Virus record (IMG/VR): IMGVR_UViG_3300032401_001514
Span: 1-64,000 of that record
From: a virus
Reading direction: 5' to 3' (one strand)
Length of the DNA: 64,000 nucleotides
Made by a program: the position numbers and the translations under genes. Positions 25,527-35,702 of this stretch are shown here, piece after piece. The notes beneath the pieces were generated by a model, which did no database searches, was not told the DNA's origin, and saw nothing but the letters and a program-made list of their open reading frames with translations. The stretch's first letter is position 1; each line of letters begins with the position of its first letter.

Positions 25527-27206
25527 ATGATTATACATGTTGCCCACAGGACAAAGATGTTGCGAAGCTTAGCCAGATGTGCCAGAATGGTTGTTTTCAG
25601 AAAGGTTGCGGTAGAGCTTATGCAAATCAACAAGTCGCCAACAGAAAACAGGATATTTGATCTGTTATTAGCTGTTGTTAAAGATAAAGCTCCCGATACT
25701 GTATTAAGAGTTGCCGGAGGCTTTGTGCGTGATCGTTTACTTGGCAAAGAATCTCATGATATAGACATTTCCATAAATAACATGAGTGGTGAGCAATTTG
25801 CCAATCTAGTTAAAAATTATATGGACGAACATGGTATTCATACAAAAGGAGTGTCTGTAGTAAAAGCAAATCCGGACCAAAGCAAACATTTAGCTACCGC
25901 AATGATAAATATATTTGGTCTTTCTATAGATTTTGTTAATCTGAGGAAAGAAACATATTCAGAATCCAGAATTCCAACTATTGAACCAGGAACTCCGGAA
26001 GAAGATGCTAGGCGCAGAGATTTAACTATCAATTCTATATTTTATAATATCAATGATGATAAAATAGAAGATTTTGTTGGTGGTATAGAAGATTTAAAAA
26101 ATGGAATAATTAGAACTCCCATAGATCCTATACAAACATTTATTGATGATCCTTTACGTATTTTACGAACAATTAGATTTGCTTCGAAATTTGGATTTAA
26201 TGTTGCTCCTGAAATATTAGAAGCGGCAAATAATAAAGATGTACAAGATGCTTTCAGATCGAAAGTAAGTGCTGAACGTGTGTGGAAAGAACTTGCCGGT
26301 CAAGCAGAACCTGAAGGATGGAAATCAGGATTTTTGACTGGTCCAAATCCACACGAGGCAGCCAAGCTATTAGGTCAGATGGGCCTAAGAGATATATTAT
26401 TTGGATTAAATGAGGAAGAGCAAAAGCAGCTTGGTTTGTCAAAAGGAATGGTGTCATTTGATACCGAACAACATAATCCTCATCATGATTTAAATGTCTG
26501 GGAACATACTTTAAAAGTATTGGAATTTTTAGTAAAAAAACAGACTACCGAAGAACAAAAAAATAAAGCGGAAGATTATCTTGTAAGAAACATTTCCGCT
26601 CTATTACATGATATTGGCAAATGTGATATTTGCGCTATACAAATGTACTCTACAGATCATCCGGAATATAAAGCGCGTATTGAAAAGCTTAAAGAAAAAT
26701 ACGGACTAACTCATGAGGGAGAGCTTCGTGCTTTTGAAGGCCATGCCGAATCTTCTGCTAAAATGGCAGAATATGTTTTAGACAGAATGAAAGCTCCAAA
26801 AAATATTAGCAAGAGAGTAATACGTCTTGTTAAAGAACATATGCGCCCTCATGGCATGACTAATATATCTGATGCAGGATTACGAAAGTTTATAAAAGAT
26901 CTTGAAGATGACTGGAGACATTCATTAGAATTGGCTATAGCAGATGCTTATGGCAAGAACACACACGAGCCACAAACAAGAGATAAATATGATACTATAA
27001 TTAAACGTATCGATGAAATAATATCTCAAATGGGCGGAACGAAAGTAAAGCCTCCAATTACCGGAAATGACTTAATGCAATTAGGTTTTAAGCCAGGTCC
27101 GACAATGGGTAAGATTTTACACGCTTTACAAGAAAAACTACTTGAGACGCCAAATATGAGCAAAGAAGAAGCCATTGAATTTATTAAAAATTTAAATATT
27201 CAATAA
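25527..27206 (+). CDS. cca: CCA-adding tRNA nucleotidyltransferase with an HD domain
   Basis: RVAGGFVRD, DIDI, RRDLTIN, DDPLRILR, HTL...LLHDIGK; lone plus-strand gene in a minus-strand block; start may be 25557. Confidence 0.9.
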   Translation: MIIHVAHRTKMLRSLARCARMVVFRKVAVELMQINKSPTENRIFDLLLAVVKDKAPDTVLRVAGGFVRDRLLGKESHDIDISINNMSGEQFANLVKNYMDEHGIHTKGVSVVKANPDQSKHLATAMINIFGLSIDFVNLRKETYSESRIPTIEPGTPEEDARRRDLTINSIFYNINDDKIEDFVGGIEDLKNGIIRTPIDPIQTFIDDPLRILRTIRFASKFGFNVAPEILEAANNKDVQDAFRSKVSAERVWKELAGQAEPEGWKSGFLTGPNPHEAAKLLGQMGLRDILFGLNEEEQKQLGLSKGMVSFDTEQHNPHHDLNVWEHTLKVLEFLVKKQTTEEQKNKAEDYLVRNISALLHDIGKCDICAIQMYSTDHPEYKARIEKLKEKYGLTHEGELRAFEGHAESSAKMAEYVLDRMKAPKNISKRVIRLVKEHMRPHGMTNISDAGLRKFIKDLEDDWRHSLELAIADAYGKNTHEPQTRDKYDTIIKRIDEIISQMGGTKVKPPITGNDLMQLGFKPGPTMGKILHALQEKLLETPNMSKEEAIEFIKNLNIQ

Positions 27207-27209
27207 TGA

Positions 27210-28076
27210 TTAAAGGTCATTTTTCCATATGCTTTCACCAGCTATAGTTGATCTGTAAGAAATCCACCCTCGGTGATTTCCTGACCATAAAGATCCTTGC
27301 TTATTATAAACAAGCTTGCTTTTTGGATTTGTAATTGGATATGCCACATGTTCAAAAGGGCTCATATGTCCATTCTTAAGCAGATCTTCACATAGATTGA
27401 TATCTGCTTCAGGATCGCGCTTGCCATCGTGTGTTAAGTAGCTTACGCGACAGCAACGACCTACGGAAATTCTGGCTAGTCCCTCTTGTCCATATTTATT
27501 TATTAAAGCCTCAAGTTCCGCGCCTTCCTCAAATATTAAAGGTAAATGCCATTGTTCGGCAGATAATTTTTGAGGCTGTGATGCGTCATAAGCTTCTGCC
27601 ATCATTGTGGCTATACGCTGAATTTCAGGTTGTGCGTTTTTATTACAGCGCAAACCTCGCCAATTATCCCATTCGGTAGATGTTACGATAACTGTTTGCC
27701 ATAACCAAGGTTCTAAAATTCTATTGGTTATTTGTTTATGCAACCCTAAAGATAAAAGTTTTTCGGCATGAGAAACGGCGCTATCTCTTGCGTACAACCA
27801 TTCAGATTTAGCATTTTCTATTTCATCAATAGATAGTTCTGTTTCAGCCTGCATTCCTTTTTGTTTTTTGCCCCAATGAATAGGAATAAAAGGATCTGTT
27901 TTAACACGCTCAAGCATTTTCTCAACTGGGATAGCTCGGCTACTTGCTGAATTCCTAGAGAATACCCTATGTGTATTAAATTCGGCTAGAACAATTCTTG
28001 GAAAAGTTATTTCAAAGCTAGTTATTCGAATGCCAGTAGGCGATTCAGAGTCTTTTAATATTTTACAAGAATACAT
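27210..28076 (-). CDS. thyX: flavin-dependent thymidylate synthase
   Basis: EFNTHRVFSRNSASSR ThyX motif; HMSPFEH. Confidence 0.9.
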   Translation of the reverse strand: MYSCKILKDSESPTGIRITSFEITFPRIVLAEFNTHRVFSRNSASSRAIPVEKMLERVKTDPFIPIHWGKKQKGMQAETELSIDEIENAKSEWLYARDSAVSHAEKLLSLGLHKQITNRILEPWLWQTVIVTSTEWDNWRGLRCNKNAQPEIQRIATMMAEAYDASQPQKLSAEQWHLPLIFEEGAELEALINKYGQEGLARISVGRCCRVSYLTHDGKRDPEADINLCEDLLKNGHMSPFEHVAYPITNPKSKLVYNKQGSLWSGNHRGWISYRSTIAGESIWKNDL

Positions 28077-28203
28077 TTTTTATCTTCTTAGTTAAATCAA
28101 AAAATTTTTTCCATACTATCAACACAATTAAAATAGGATATAATCTCCACCAGTCGCCAGGTTCATATTTGTTATTTTTTGTCATTTAATTTCCAAATTT
28201 ATG

Positions 28204-29268
28204 TTATTTTAATAAAACGCTATGAGGTTTACTTTCAATAAGACCGGCATTACTTATTGAAACGAATTCCGGATCTTCCCTAAGCTCCTCTAGAGAAGTA
28301 CAATTTTGATAAGACATGCCACTTTTCAAGCCCTGCATTAATTTCACAATAACATTAGTTACTGGACCTCGATACGGAACAAGTGCAGAAACTCCTTCTA
28401 TATGATCTTGTTTATGAGTTGAGCTTCCTACATACTCTTTATATAACTTGTCATCCAAGCCCTTTATAACATGTCCTGGTGCCTCATCAGTACCAGCTAA
28501 CAGATTGCCAAGCATTACAGCATCAGAAAAACATAATGCTTTGACTATATCTCCCGCTTTATTAATTCCTCCATCAGCTATGATTTTGAACTTTCTATTA
28601 GGTCCATCATTTCTTAAATAACCCTCTGTTCCCCGAAGCAAATCTTGCTGTTGTGGAGCAAGTGAATATTCGTAAACATCGCTCAATGCAGTTAATTGAG
28701 GAACGCCGTTACCGGTTTCAAGTCTGGTAGTACATAAACTTCCAGGGCCAATTCCTACCTTAATTACATTTGCTCCGGCATTATAAAGAGTTCTGGCCCC
28801 AGCTTTTGTTGCGACATTCCCGGATATTAATAAAACTTCAGGATATTTTTTAGCAATGTATTCTGTTGTTTGAGCGCAACCTTTAGAATCGCCATGAGCT
28901 ACATCTACACAAATTACTTTCGGAGGATCCTTTAAATTCATAAAAACATCAATGACTTCTACATTATTGATGCCAAAAGAAACGCCGATTTTATCAAAAG
29001 CATATGACGCTTTATGATAATCATTTATATATTCTTGAATAGAATCATAAAACCTATGTAAAATAGGCAGCCCGCCTAAAGTGCTTAGTTTTTTAGCCAT
29101 GGTTAATTCTGTAACATTTTTCATGTTAGCAGAAACAATAGGTATTTCTAATGTAATTCCTTTACCAAGATCTACAGAAGTATTAACATCTTTTCTGTTT
29201 TTAATCTCACTATATTTTGGAACTAACAAAACATCATCAAATGTATAACCAATTCTGGGGTGCAACAT
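28204..29268 (-). CDS. guaB: IMP dehydrogenase/GMP reductase family, CBS-less
   Basis: FDDVLLVP, DVAHG, KVGIGPGSLCTTR, IIADGG, MLGNLLAG. Confidence 0.88.
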   Translation of the reverse strand: MLHPRIGYTFDDVLLVPKYSEIKNRKDVNTSVDLGKGITLEIPIVSANMKNVTELTMAKKLSTLGGLPILHRFYDSIQEYINDYHKASYAFDKIGVSFGINNVEVIDVFMNLKDPPKVICVDVAHGDSKGCAQTTEYIAKKYPEVLLISGNVATKAGARTLYNAGANVIKVGIGPGSLCTTRLETGNGVPQLTALSDVYEYSLAPQQQDLLRGTEGYLRNDGPNRKFKIIADGGINKAGDIVKALCFSDAVMLGNLLAGTDEAPGHVIKGLDDKLYKEYVGSSTHKQDHIEGVSALVPYRGPVTNVIVKLMQGLKSGMSYQNCTSLEELREDPEFVSISNAGLIESKPHSVLLK

Positions 29269-29284
29269 ATTTTATCTCCAAATG

Positions 29285-29320
29285 AAAAAAACTATCAACA
29301 ATTAAGTTGATAGTTTTTTT
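29285..29320. terminator. bidirectional intrinsic terminator-like hairpin
   Basis: aaaaaaactatcaac-aattaa-gttgatagttttttt perfect inverted repeat. Confidence 0.65.
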
Positions 29321-29345
29321 TTGCGCTCGACTACAAAAGTATTTA

Positions 29346-30332
29346 TTATTTCCATTTATATGATAAACTTGGTACTGGACAAGAGCCAATTATTTCATAA
29401 AATTGATTTGTTTGAGATTGTGGAACTCTTATTCTCCAACCAGTACCAGAGCTACAAGGCGTTGTTTTTATATCAATATTAAATTTTTTATTTATTTTTT
29501 CACAAAACATTTCTTGATTATCTCTTGTGAAAGATTCTGAACAAATTGTAATTATTATTTGTTTAGTTTTTGATTTTTTTCTTCTATGAAAAGATGTTCC
29601 ATCATCCATAAACATATTTAACAAAAGCTCTGAACTTATTTCTATGTCTTCTGGTATTACTTTTTTATAATTGGATTTTTCAGGATACCATTTGTTATAA
29701 AGTGGTAATAATGTTTTGTGTGTAAGAGATGAAATATGAAAATATTGATATTTTTCGTTTTTAGGATTTATATAGTGTGTTATTCGTGATTCTGGGTTTT
29801 TTAAAAAAATATTATTTGCCACATATAGAATATGATCATAATAAATATTTTTTTTATGAAAATAAGGAATTGATATATTACTTTTATTATTCCATATATC
29901 TAAAGATCCGTCTCCTAATAAAGATCCATTAATAACTGGTAAATTTAAAATAAAATTATCATCTTTTCTATTTATTGTTTGGCCATCACTTTTATTTCTA
30001 ATATTAATATTATGTCTAACCAAAAATTGTCTAGTAGAATTACATGATTTTGCACCAATTAAATTAGCAATTTGTTGGGTTGATAATTTATTATCAATAT
30101 AATTATTTTTCAACCATAATGGATCATTTAATAAAGAATATTTAGATTGTTTTTTCGGCGCTAATAAACAGGCTTCTGATGCAGAACGAATCTTAATATC
30201 AAATTTTTTTAAACAATATCCTACTGCTCTAATACTGCATCCAATAATTTTAGCAATTTCCGTAGTTGATTTTTTCTCTTTTGAATATGCATTATCAAGC
30301 CATATTGGGTCTGCCAATTGCGGGTACTTCAT
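29346..30332 (-). CDS. free-standing LAGLIDADG homing endonuclease with N-terminal HTH repeats
   Basis: GSLLGDGSL and MFMDDG motifs; repeated DP.WL..Y...K.S...IA..IG units. Confidence 0.85.
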   Translation of the reverse strand: MKYPQLADPIWLDNAYSKEKKSTTEIAKIIGCSIRAVGYCLKKFDIKIRSASEACLLAPKKQSKYSLLNDPLWLKNNYIDNKLSTQQIANLIGAKSCNSTRQFLVRHNINIRNKSDGQTINRKDDNFILNLPVINGSLLGDGSLDIWNNKSNISIPYFHKKNIYYDHILYVANNIFLKNPESRITHYINPKNEKYQYFHISSLTHKTLLPLYNKWYPEKSNYKKVIPEDIEISSELLLNMFMDDGTSFHRRKKSKTKQIIITICSESFTRDNQEMFCEKINKKFNIDIKTTPCSSGTGWRIRVPQSQTNQFYEIIGSCPVPSLSYKWK

Positions 30333-30357
30333 ACCACAATTGGCAAATATTGATATA

Positions 30358-31911
30358 TTATCCAGAAATTTCTAATAAATATTTAATATGAGATTGGCAG
30401 TCCTGTGGCTTAAAATCATAAGTAATCATTTCATCATTACGAACTCCAGAATGAGAAGCTTTACCATAAACAGAATGATATCCTTTAGGAGCACCTTTGA
30501 AAAATTGTGGATGTGAAGCTTTATACATGTTTCCAAAAGACACATCTAACAAGAACATAAATCTTGAACTAGGAGCATTTCCGCCAGTCCAGTAACCACC
30601 GTCAGTATAATTTAATGATTTAGTAGAGTTCCAAGCGAAGTATTTGCCATCACCAAACATTGAGCCTGTATGAACTGCCCCAGATGGACGAATCATAAGA
30701 CCACGTTTTGTAATACCTATAACGTTAGCACTTCGCGTGCCATGCCAGCAAAGCCAAGTATTAGCTTCATTGTAAAGCTTGCAAAGCTCTGGGCTTAAAT
30801 CTGGACGTTTCTTGGGCTCCCATTGATGGGCGCCCTTAGTGATATCTCCTGCTTCCTTTGCGAAAGAATGCTTACCGCATTCTTTAGCAATTGCCGATGT
30901 ATTTTCAAGGAAATAACTTTCTTCCTTATCTTTACGTTTTACTCCCCAAATATTCTTTATTCTAATGGCTTTTGGTCCTGAGAAAGAATATCCATGACCC
31001 CTTACAGCAGAATTCGAAAAGTAATCAACTAAGAAGTTGAATATTGGGTCAGAATGCTCTACGAACTTAAAGTCCGCATTGAGCGTAGTATATTGATCAT
31101 CCACTGAGGAATCAGCTTTTAGTACCGCCCCAATGCTCTTAGCATCTAGTAGAGTATCAAGATCATCTTCTTTCTTGATAATCTTATCAAGATCATCTAA
31201 AAGAAGTTCAGTCATTTGGCCACGAGCGCCTTGGCCAAGATTATGCGGAATGAGCCTATAGAATTCATTAGTTAGATCAGTAACTAACGATTCATCTTTC
31301 TTAGGCAGAGCAACGGACATTTTGCCGTTCTGTCCGGCCCCGGCAGAAACAAGAATTTTTCTTGCTTCATTTAGCGCATCTCGTCCTTTATCAATTTGGG
31401 CATTAGTAAGTTGTCCGAGCGGACATTTTAGAGTTTGAATAACGAACTGATTTGTAGCGCCCATAAGGTCGCCAATAAGCCGTTGCGTTTCAGAGTGCAG
31501 CGAGCTTTTCTTTTTGCTAGGATCCAGTAAGCCATCAGCATTTTTCAACTGAACAGCTTTCGTGATCTTCTTAGCTTCTTCGGAACCATGAGCACGCTGG
31601 GCTACGTCAACTTCTCCGTAACCCTTCTTCTTCTTAGACTTGATAAGGGCTTCGAATTCATGTTCGGCCGCGCTGAGGTCAGGGTAGTAGCGCCATTCGT
31701 TTGTTTGGTGCCCGCCAGTCGGCCCCCACATCGTAAAAATCTGAGTCTTGGAACCACTCTTTGGCTTATGAAGCTCGATATGGTAAGACTTGTTCGATGT
31801 TCCTTGGGTATTCGCTTTGCCACCAGTAAGGTCGAAGAAGGCAAGCTCCAGCACCCTCTCTACAGTGTACGAACCTTCCTTTAGAATAGGGGACTTCTGA
31901 ACTTTTTCCAT
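30358..31911 (-). CDS. WGR-domain poly(ADP-ribose) polymerase-like protein
   Basis: WGR-like SNKSY...WG...KKGY, helical TNEFYRLIPH regulatory region, catalytic WHGTR / GKYFA / NDE (H-Y-E). Confidence 0.88.
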   Translation of the reverse strand: MEKVQKSPILKEGSYTVERVLELAFFDLTGGKANTQGTSNKSYHIELHKPKSGSKTQIFTMWGPTGGHQTNEWRYYPDLSAAEHEFEALIKSKKKKGYGEVDVAQRAHGSEEAKKITKAVQLKNADGLLDPSKKKSSLHSETQRLIGDLMGATNQFVIQTLKCPLGQLTNAQIDKGRDALNEARKILVSAGAGQNGKMSVALPKKDESLVTDLTNEFYRLIPHNLGQGARGQMTELLLDDLDKIIKKEDDLDTLLDAKSIGAVLKADSSVDDQYTTLNADFKFVEHSDPIFNFLVDYFSNSAVRGHGYSFSGPKAIRIKNIWGVKRKDKEESYFLENTSAIAKECGKHSFAKEAGDITKGAHQWEPKKRPDLSPELCKLYNEANTWLCWHGTRSANVIGITKRGLMIRPSGAVHTGSMFGDGKYFAWNSTKSLNYTDGGYWTGGNAPSSRFMFLLDVSFGNMYKASHPQFFKGAPKGYHSVYGKASHSGVRNDEMITYDFKPQDCQSHIKYLLEISG

Positions 31912-31921
31912 TTGATTACTT

Positions 31922-32164
31922 TCAGGATGGAGAATCGTTATAGATGTACAACATGTCTTTTAGCTTAAAAACATTTTTGCAAAGATTGCATTCTAAATCT
32001 TGCCGCTCTTTAGTTGAGAGGGGGATGCGGCAGGAGGGGCAGAGAGCATATATGTAGCCACCATCCGTTAAATTGTCAAGAGCTACTTGCAACTCTTCTA
32101 CGGATTCGGAAATTTGTTCAGATAAAAAATTATCGTCAGGTTTTATAAAAATAGTTTGCTTCAT
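31922..32164 (-). CDS. small Zn-ribbon protein
   Basis: CPSC...CNLC; start re-placed at 32164. Confidence 0.6.
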   Translation of the reverse strand: MKQTIFIKPDDNFLSEQISESVEELQVALDNLTDGGYIYALCPSCRIPLSTKERQDLECNLCKNVFKLKDMLYIYNDSPS

Positions 32165-32409
32165 AAAAAATATTACTTCGAAGCAAAAGCATCTCGACAA
32201 TCATATTGAATTAATAATTATTATGATAATAATTTTTCTGTTCCAATTATTCTTTGAATAAAATAAATTTCTACAGTATCATCATCTTTAAATCTTGCTT
32301 CAAGTGTTCCTTGCGCCTCATTTGGCAAGCTGTTTGAAGCATGTTGTATTAAAATTTCAAGTATGTCTTTTTCCGTAAATTTTTTAACCAATATCATTAA
32401 ATGATCAAA

Positions 32410-32736
32410 TTATCTATTAAGATGATCTCGACAAGTAATTTTAAACTTTCCTGTATCCCAAAGCTTAATAAATTTTGTTCCCATATGTGGCGCTTCTAAT
32501 ATTAATTTAATTCTCCAGTTTTTCATATTTGAAATTTTCTCAATAATAACCAAATTATTATGATCTATTTCAGATAATATAGATACTGAATTTGTTATTT
32601 CTATATGTTGTTCATCTGAAAATTTTAATAAAACTAAATTACTAGCAAATATCGGACGTATGATAACAACTGCTTCAAAGACAGAATAGCGCAATACTGC
32701 TATTAAGTCATCGTGTAATAAAAATAAACCGTTCAT
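32410..32736 (-). CDS. hypothetical protein
   Basis: 108-aa ORF preceded by TTGACA-N16-TACATT. Confidence 0.5.
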   Translation of the reverse strand: MNGLFLLHDDLIAVLRYSVFEAVVIIRPIFASNLVLLKFSDEQHIEITNSVSILSEIDHNNLVIIEKISNMKNWRIKLILEAPHMGTKFIKLWDTGKFKITCRDHLNR

Positions 32737-32789
32737 TTACGGAAGTGAATGTAATCACTTGAAATCAATTGTCAACCTCATAATGATTA

Positions 32790-33416
32790 TCAACCTTTTT
32801 GAATTCTTTCTTTTATCTTGTATAACGCATTTTTAATATCAGAAGGTCTTTTTAAAAGATCAAGGTCGAAATGAACGGCATCAAATTTTTGCTTAGCGGC
32901 GGCTATTATATTTTCTTTTCTGTCATCTAAAAAAACACATCCGGCAAAATCTTCATTGCTCAAAAGAAAACTTTGATAATATAACATTTGTGGTTTAGCC
33001 GAGCCGACTTCGAAACTAAAATGTTGGATACATTTATTTATTACTTCATTGCAATTAGATCGTATAAAATTTATGTGATCTAATCCCATGTTGCTTAGTA
33101 ATGCTACTTTTACGCCTTCGTCTTTTAGATTAGTAACGAAGTTCATCATTATATCATTCTCTGTTAAAGAATCATTCCATGCTTCCAAAATTTCTCCCCA
33201 ATGTTTTTTCATTTTTCCATTTGCAAATATTTCTGGAAATCGAACTCTGAGAGCTTGGCAAAGTGTTAACATACCCATATGACAACTATATTCTAAATCA
33301 TTAATAAACTCTGATATTTCCTCTTCAGTAAGACCATGGCTTTGCATTACATCGTAAAATTTATTAAAATTTACATGTATAAGAACGTTGCCTATATCAA
33401 AAGCTATATGTTGCAT
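32790..33416 (-). CDS. HAD-family hydrolase
   Basis: FDIGNVL, LLSN, AKP, FLDDRKENI. Confidence 0.85.
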   Translation of the reverse strand: MQHIAFDIGNVLIHVNFNKFYDVMQSHGLTEEEISEFINDLEYSCHMGMLTLCQALRVRFPEIFANGKMKKHWGEILEAWNDSLTENDIMMNFVTNLKDEGVKVALLSNMGLDHINFIRSNCNEVINKCIQHFSFEVGSAKPQMLYYQSFLLSNEDFAGCVFLDDRKENIIAAAKQKFDAVHFDLDLLKRPSDIKNALYKIKERIQKG

Positions 33417-34477
33417 AAATTATTTATCTTATCGTGTAGGAGGAGATTTTTTTGTACGCTTAAATAATCTTTCTTTAATTTTTTAAAGAAAGATTTTTCT
33501 ATAGTTTCTGTTGCAAAATTTTGACTAAGTTCAACTTGAGCAACATCAACGCCTATGCCATAAATTTTACACAAAATAGCATTAAGTAATGTTTCTGAAT
33601 CCGTTAATGTTGGGGCTATACAAATATCTTTCAAATTATAAAAAGCGTCAGAAACATAGCTGGTTTCGCCAGTTGTAAATAACCATTTGGCATTAGTTAA
33701 TTTGTCTCGATATTTTAATTTATTATTAATGTTTTCAACGAAAAGATTATTGTATTGATCAGTAAATGGGCTAAACAAATTTATAGTAAATTTTGAATTA
33801 ATTGAATTTAATATTTTAGTTAACGCGGAGTAACGATTTGTATCATTAATAATAGCTATATTACTATTTGATAAAGTAATACCGACCGATCTTGATTTTA
33901 TTATTACTGTTGGTCCTTCTTCAACATCAATATGATATGGCTGAATCCATTCAAATCCATTTTTCAAATATGGTCTAAATTTTATGTCTCCAAAAGGAGA
34001 ATAAATAAAGGCGGCATCTGGCTCGGGCATAGATCTAAGCATATGTCGCAGGGATGTCAATCTAGAAATGTATCTAAGTTGTCCTTTTTCCCACTCTAAA
34101 CCATTTAATAAATGCAACGGGCTGTAGTACCATAATTTAATACCAAGTTTTTTAGCTATATGAGCGGTCGTAGGTTCTCCGTCCACTATAAATAATTCTG
34201 GTTCAAATTGCTCTATTTCTTGTAACAAAATACGAACGTTATTTATATTAACAAAAGGAACTCCACGATGACCAAATAACTTAAACATTTCTGCATTTGC
34301 TGTAGCTGGTTTATTATAATGTAGTGCGTCCAAAGTCCAGTCTATATGTGGTATAGAATCGCTTGACTTTAAATAAGCAGCTATTTTTATCTCATGTTTG
34401 GAGCCTGCGTGCTGAAGAAACCTTGATAGCTGGCTATTTGCGCCAACTCTATTACCTGCGCTATAGAGAATTCTCAT
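33404..34477 (-). CDS. divergent GT-B glycosyltransferase-like protein
   Basis: RILYSAG..., PELFIVDGEP, TTGETS...A pattern resembling MJ1255/GT28-like proteins. Confidence 0.5.
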   Translation of the reverse strand: MRILYSAGNRVGANSQLSRFLQHAGSKHEIKIAAYLKSSDSIPHIDWTLDALHYNKPATANAEMFKLFGHRGVPFVNINNVRILLQEIEQFEPELFIVDGEPTTAHIAKKLGIKLWYYSPLHLLNGLEWEKGQLRYISRLTSLRHMLRSMPEPDAAFIYSPFGDIKFRPYLKNGFEWIQPYHIDVEEGPTVIIKSRSVGITLSNSNIAIINDTNRYSALTKILNSINSKFTINLFSPFTDQYNNLFVENINNKLKYRDKLTNAKWLFTTGETSYVSDAFYNLKDICIAPTLTDSETLLNAILCKIYGIGVDVAQVELSQNFATETIEKSFFKKLKKDYLSVQKNLLLHDKINNLCNI

Positions 34478-35115
34478 TCGTTATAACAATTTTTAAAAGC
34501 TTCAATAAGAACGGCTTTTAATGGCGCTAATTGTATTAACAAAAGATCTTTTGTCATAATAACATCTTCTTCCGCTCTGTGTGCCTTTCGTGATTTTACG
34601 CCAAAAGATTTTACTAAAGAGCCTAGATTATATCTTTCTCGTTTCTTACCAGTACATAGATCAATTAAAACAGCTATATCTTTTGTATCTAAAGTAAATT
34701 TGTTAGGGCCAGTCTGGAAAGGAAAGGTATCGTAAGCATTATGTCTTTTCCAAAGAGCTTCTAACATGTTATAATCGAACAATACGTTCTGTCCAACCAT
34801 CACCCTATCTGTTACTGCCATATTATCTTCCATAATCCAATTTTCTATATTTGGCAGAACTTTTTTTGGATGTATATAATTTTCTTTTCCAAACTTGGAT
34901 AGGTTTAAGATATCCTCACGTTTGTGCCCGCTAATTTTTAGAGCAGCGTCCTCTATTGTATCTGGCTTTACTGCTTGCAATAGCCATGTTTTAATTTCCT
35001 CTTTGCTATCTTTAATATCAAGGAAAAGCCTGCACATAGCTACTTCAATTACTTCGTTGTTATTTGGATCCAACCCAGTAGTTTCGGTATCAACAACATA
35101 GACGACATAGCCCAT
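34474..35115 (-). CDS. DEDDh 3'-5' exonuclease (second paralogue)
   Basis: VDTETTG, GQNVLFD, AHRAEED. Confidence 0.88.
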   Translation of the reverse strand: MGYVVYVVDTETTGLDPNNNEVIEVAMCRLFLDIKDSKEEIKTWLLQAVKPDTIEDAALKISGHKREDILNLSKFGKENYIHPKKVLPNIENWIMEDNMAVTDRVMVGQNVLFDYNMLEALWKRHNAYDTFPFQTGPNKFTLDTKDIAVLIDLCTGKKRERYNLGSLVKSFGVKSRKAHRAEEDVIMTKDLLLIQLAPLKAVLIEAFKNCYNE

Positions 35116-35137
35116 TTAATAGCCTCCTTTAAGGTTA

Positions 35138-35326
35138 TTATTCAGATGGCTCGTCGTTTTTTCGCTCGACAGGTATCGACGCCGTAGTTGAAATCTTGGA
35201 AATATACTTACCTATAATATTAGCCATAGAAGCATCAATAGGAATCCAAACTTCCTTATTTATTTCATTTGACATAACAAGATAAGAATATCCGTTTTTA
35301 TCTTTTATACCTTCGTATTTAATCAT
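35138..35326 (-). CDS. hypothetical protein
   Basis: 62-aa ORF coupled to its neighbours. Confidence 0.5.
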   Translation of the reverse strand: MIKYEGIKDKNGYSYLVMSNEINKEVWIPIDASMANIIGKYISKISTTASIPVERKNDEPSE

Positions 35327-35694
35327 TTTATTTTAATAGCAAGCAATGCTTTTTTAAATTTAACAACAGATTTGATATCAGATTTATAACTATCCATAAG
35401 AAACTTTACGCCATTAACAGTTCTGAGAAATTCACGTTGTGACTTAGAAAATCTAGTACCTTTTAATGTTAGAACAACTTTCTTGTCCTCTAATATTTCC
35501 CAATCTTCTCCGTTTCTTGGCAGCTTAATTCTTTTTATGTTTAAAACTTTTTGTTTAATATCATCTTCTTCTTTAAACAACTCGTGATCTGTTCTTAATA
35601 TATTAAGATTTAAATATTTAGAATTGTTAAAGTTTGTTTCTGAATTTGCTTCATTAACAGTATTGCTACCAGAAGTTATATTATATTTATTCAT
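35323..35694 (-). CDS. hypothetical protein
   Basis: 123-aa ORF. Confidence 0.55.
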   Translation of the reverse strand: MNKYNITSGSNTVNEANSETNFNNSKYLNLNILRTDHELFKEEDDIKQKVLNIKRIKLPRNGEDWEILEDKKVVLTLKGTRFSKSQREFLRTVNGVKFLMDSYKSDIKSVVKFKKALLAIKIK

Positions 35695-35702
35695 GATAAT
35701 CC

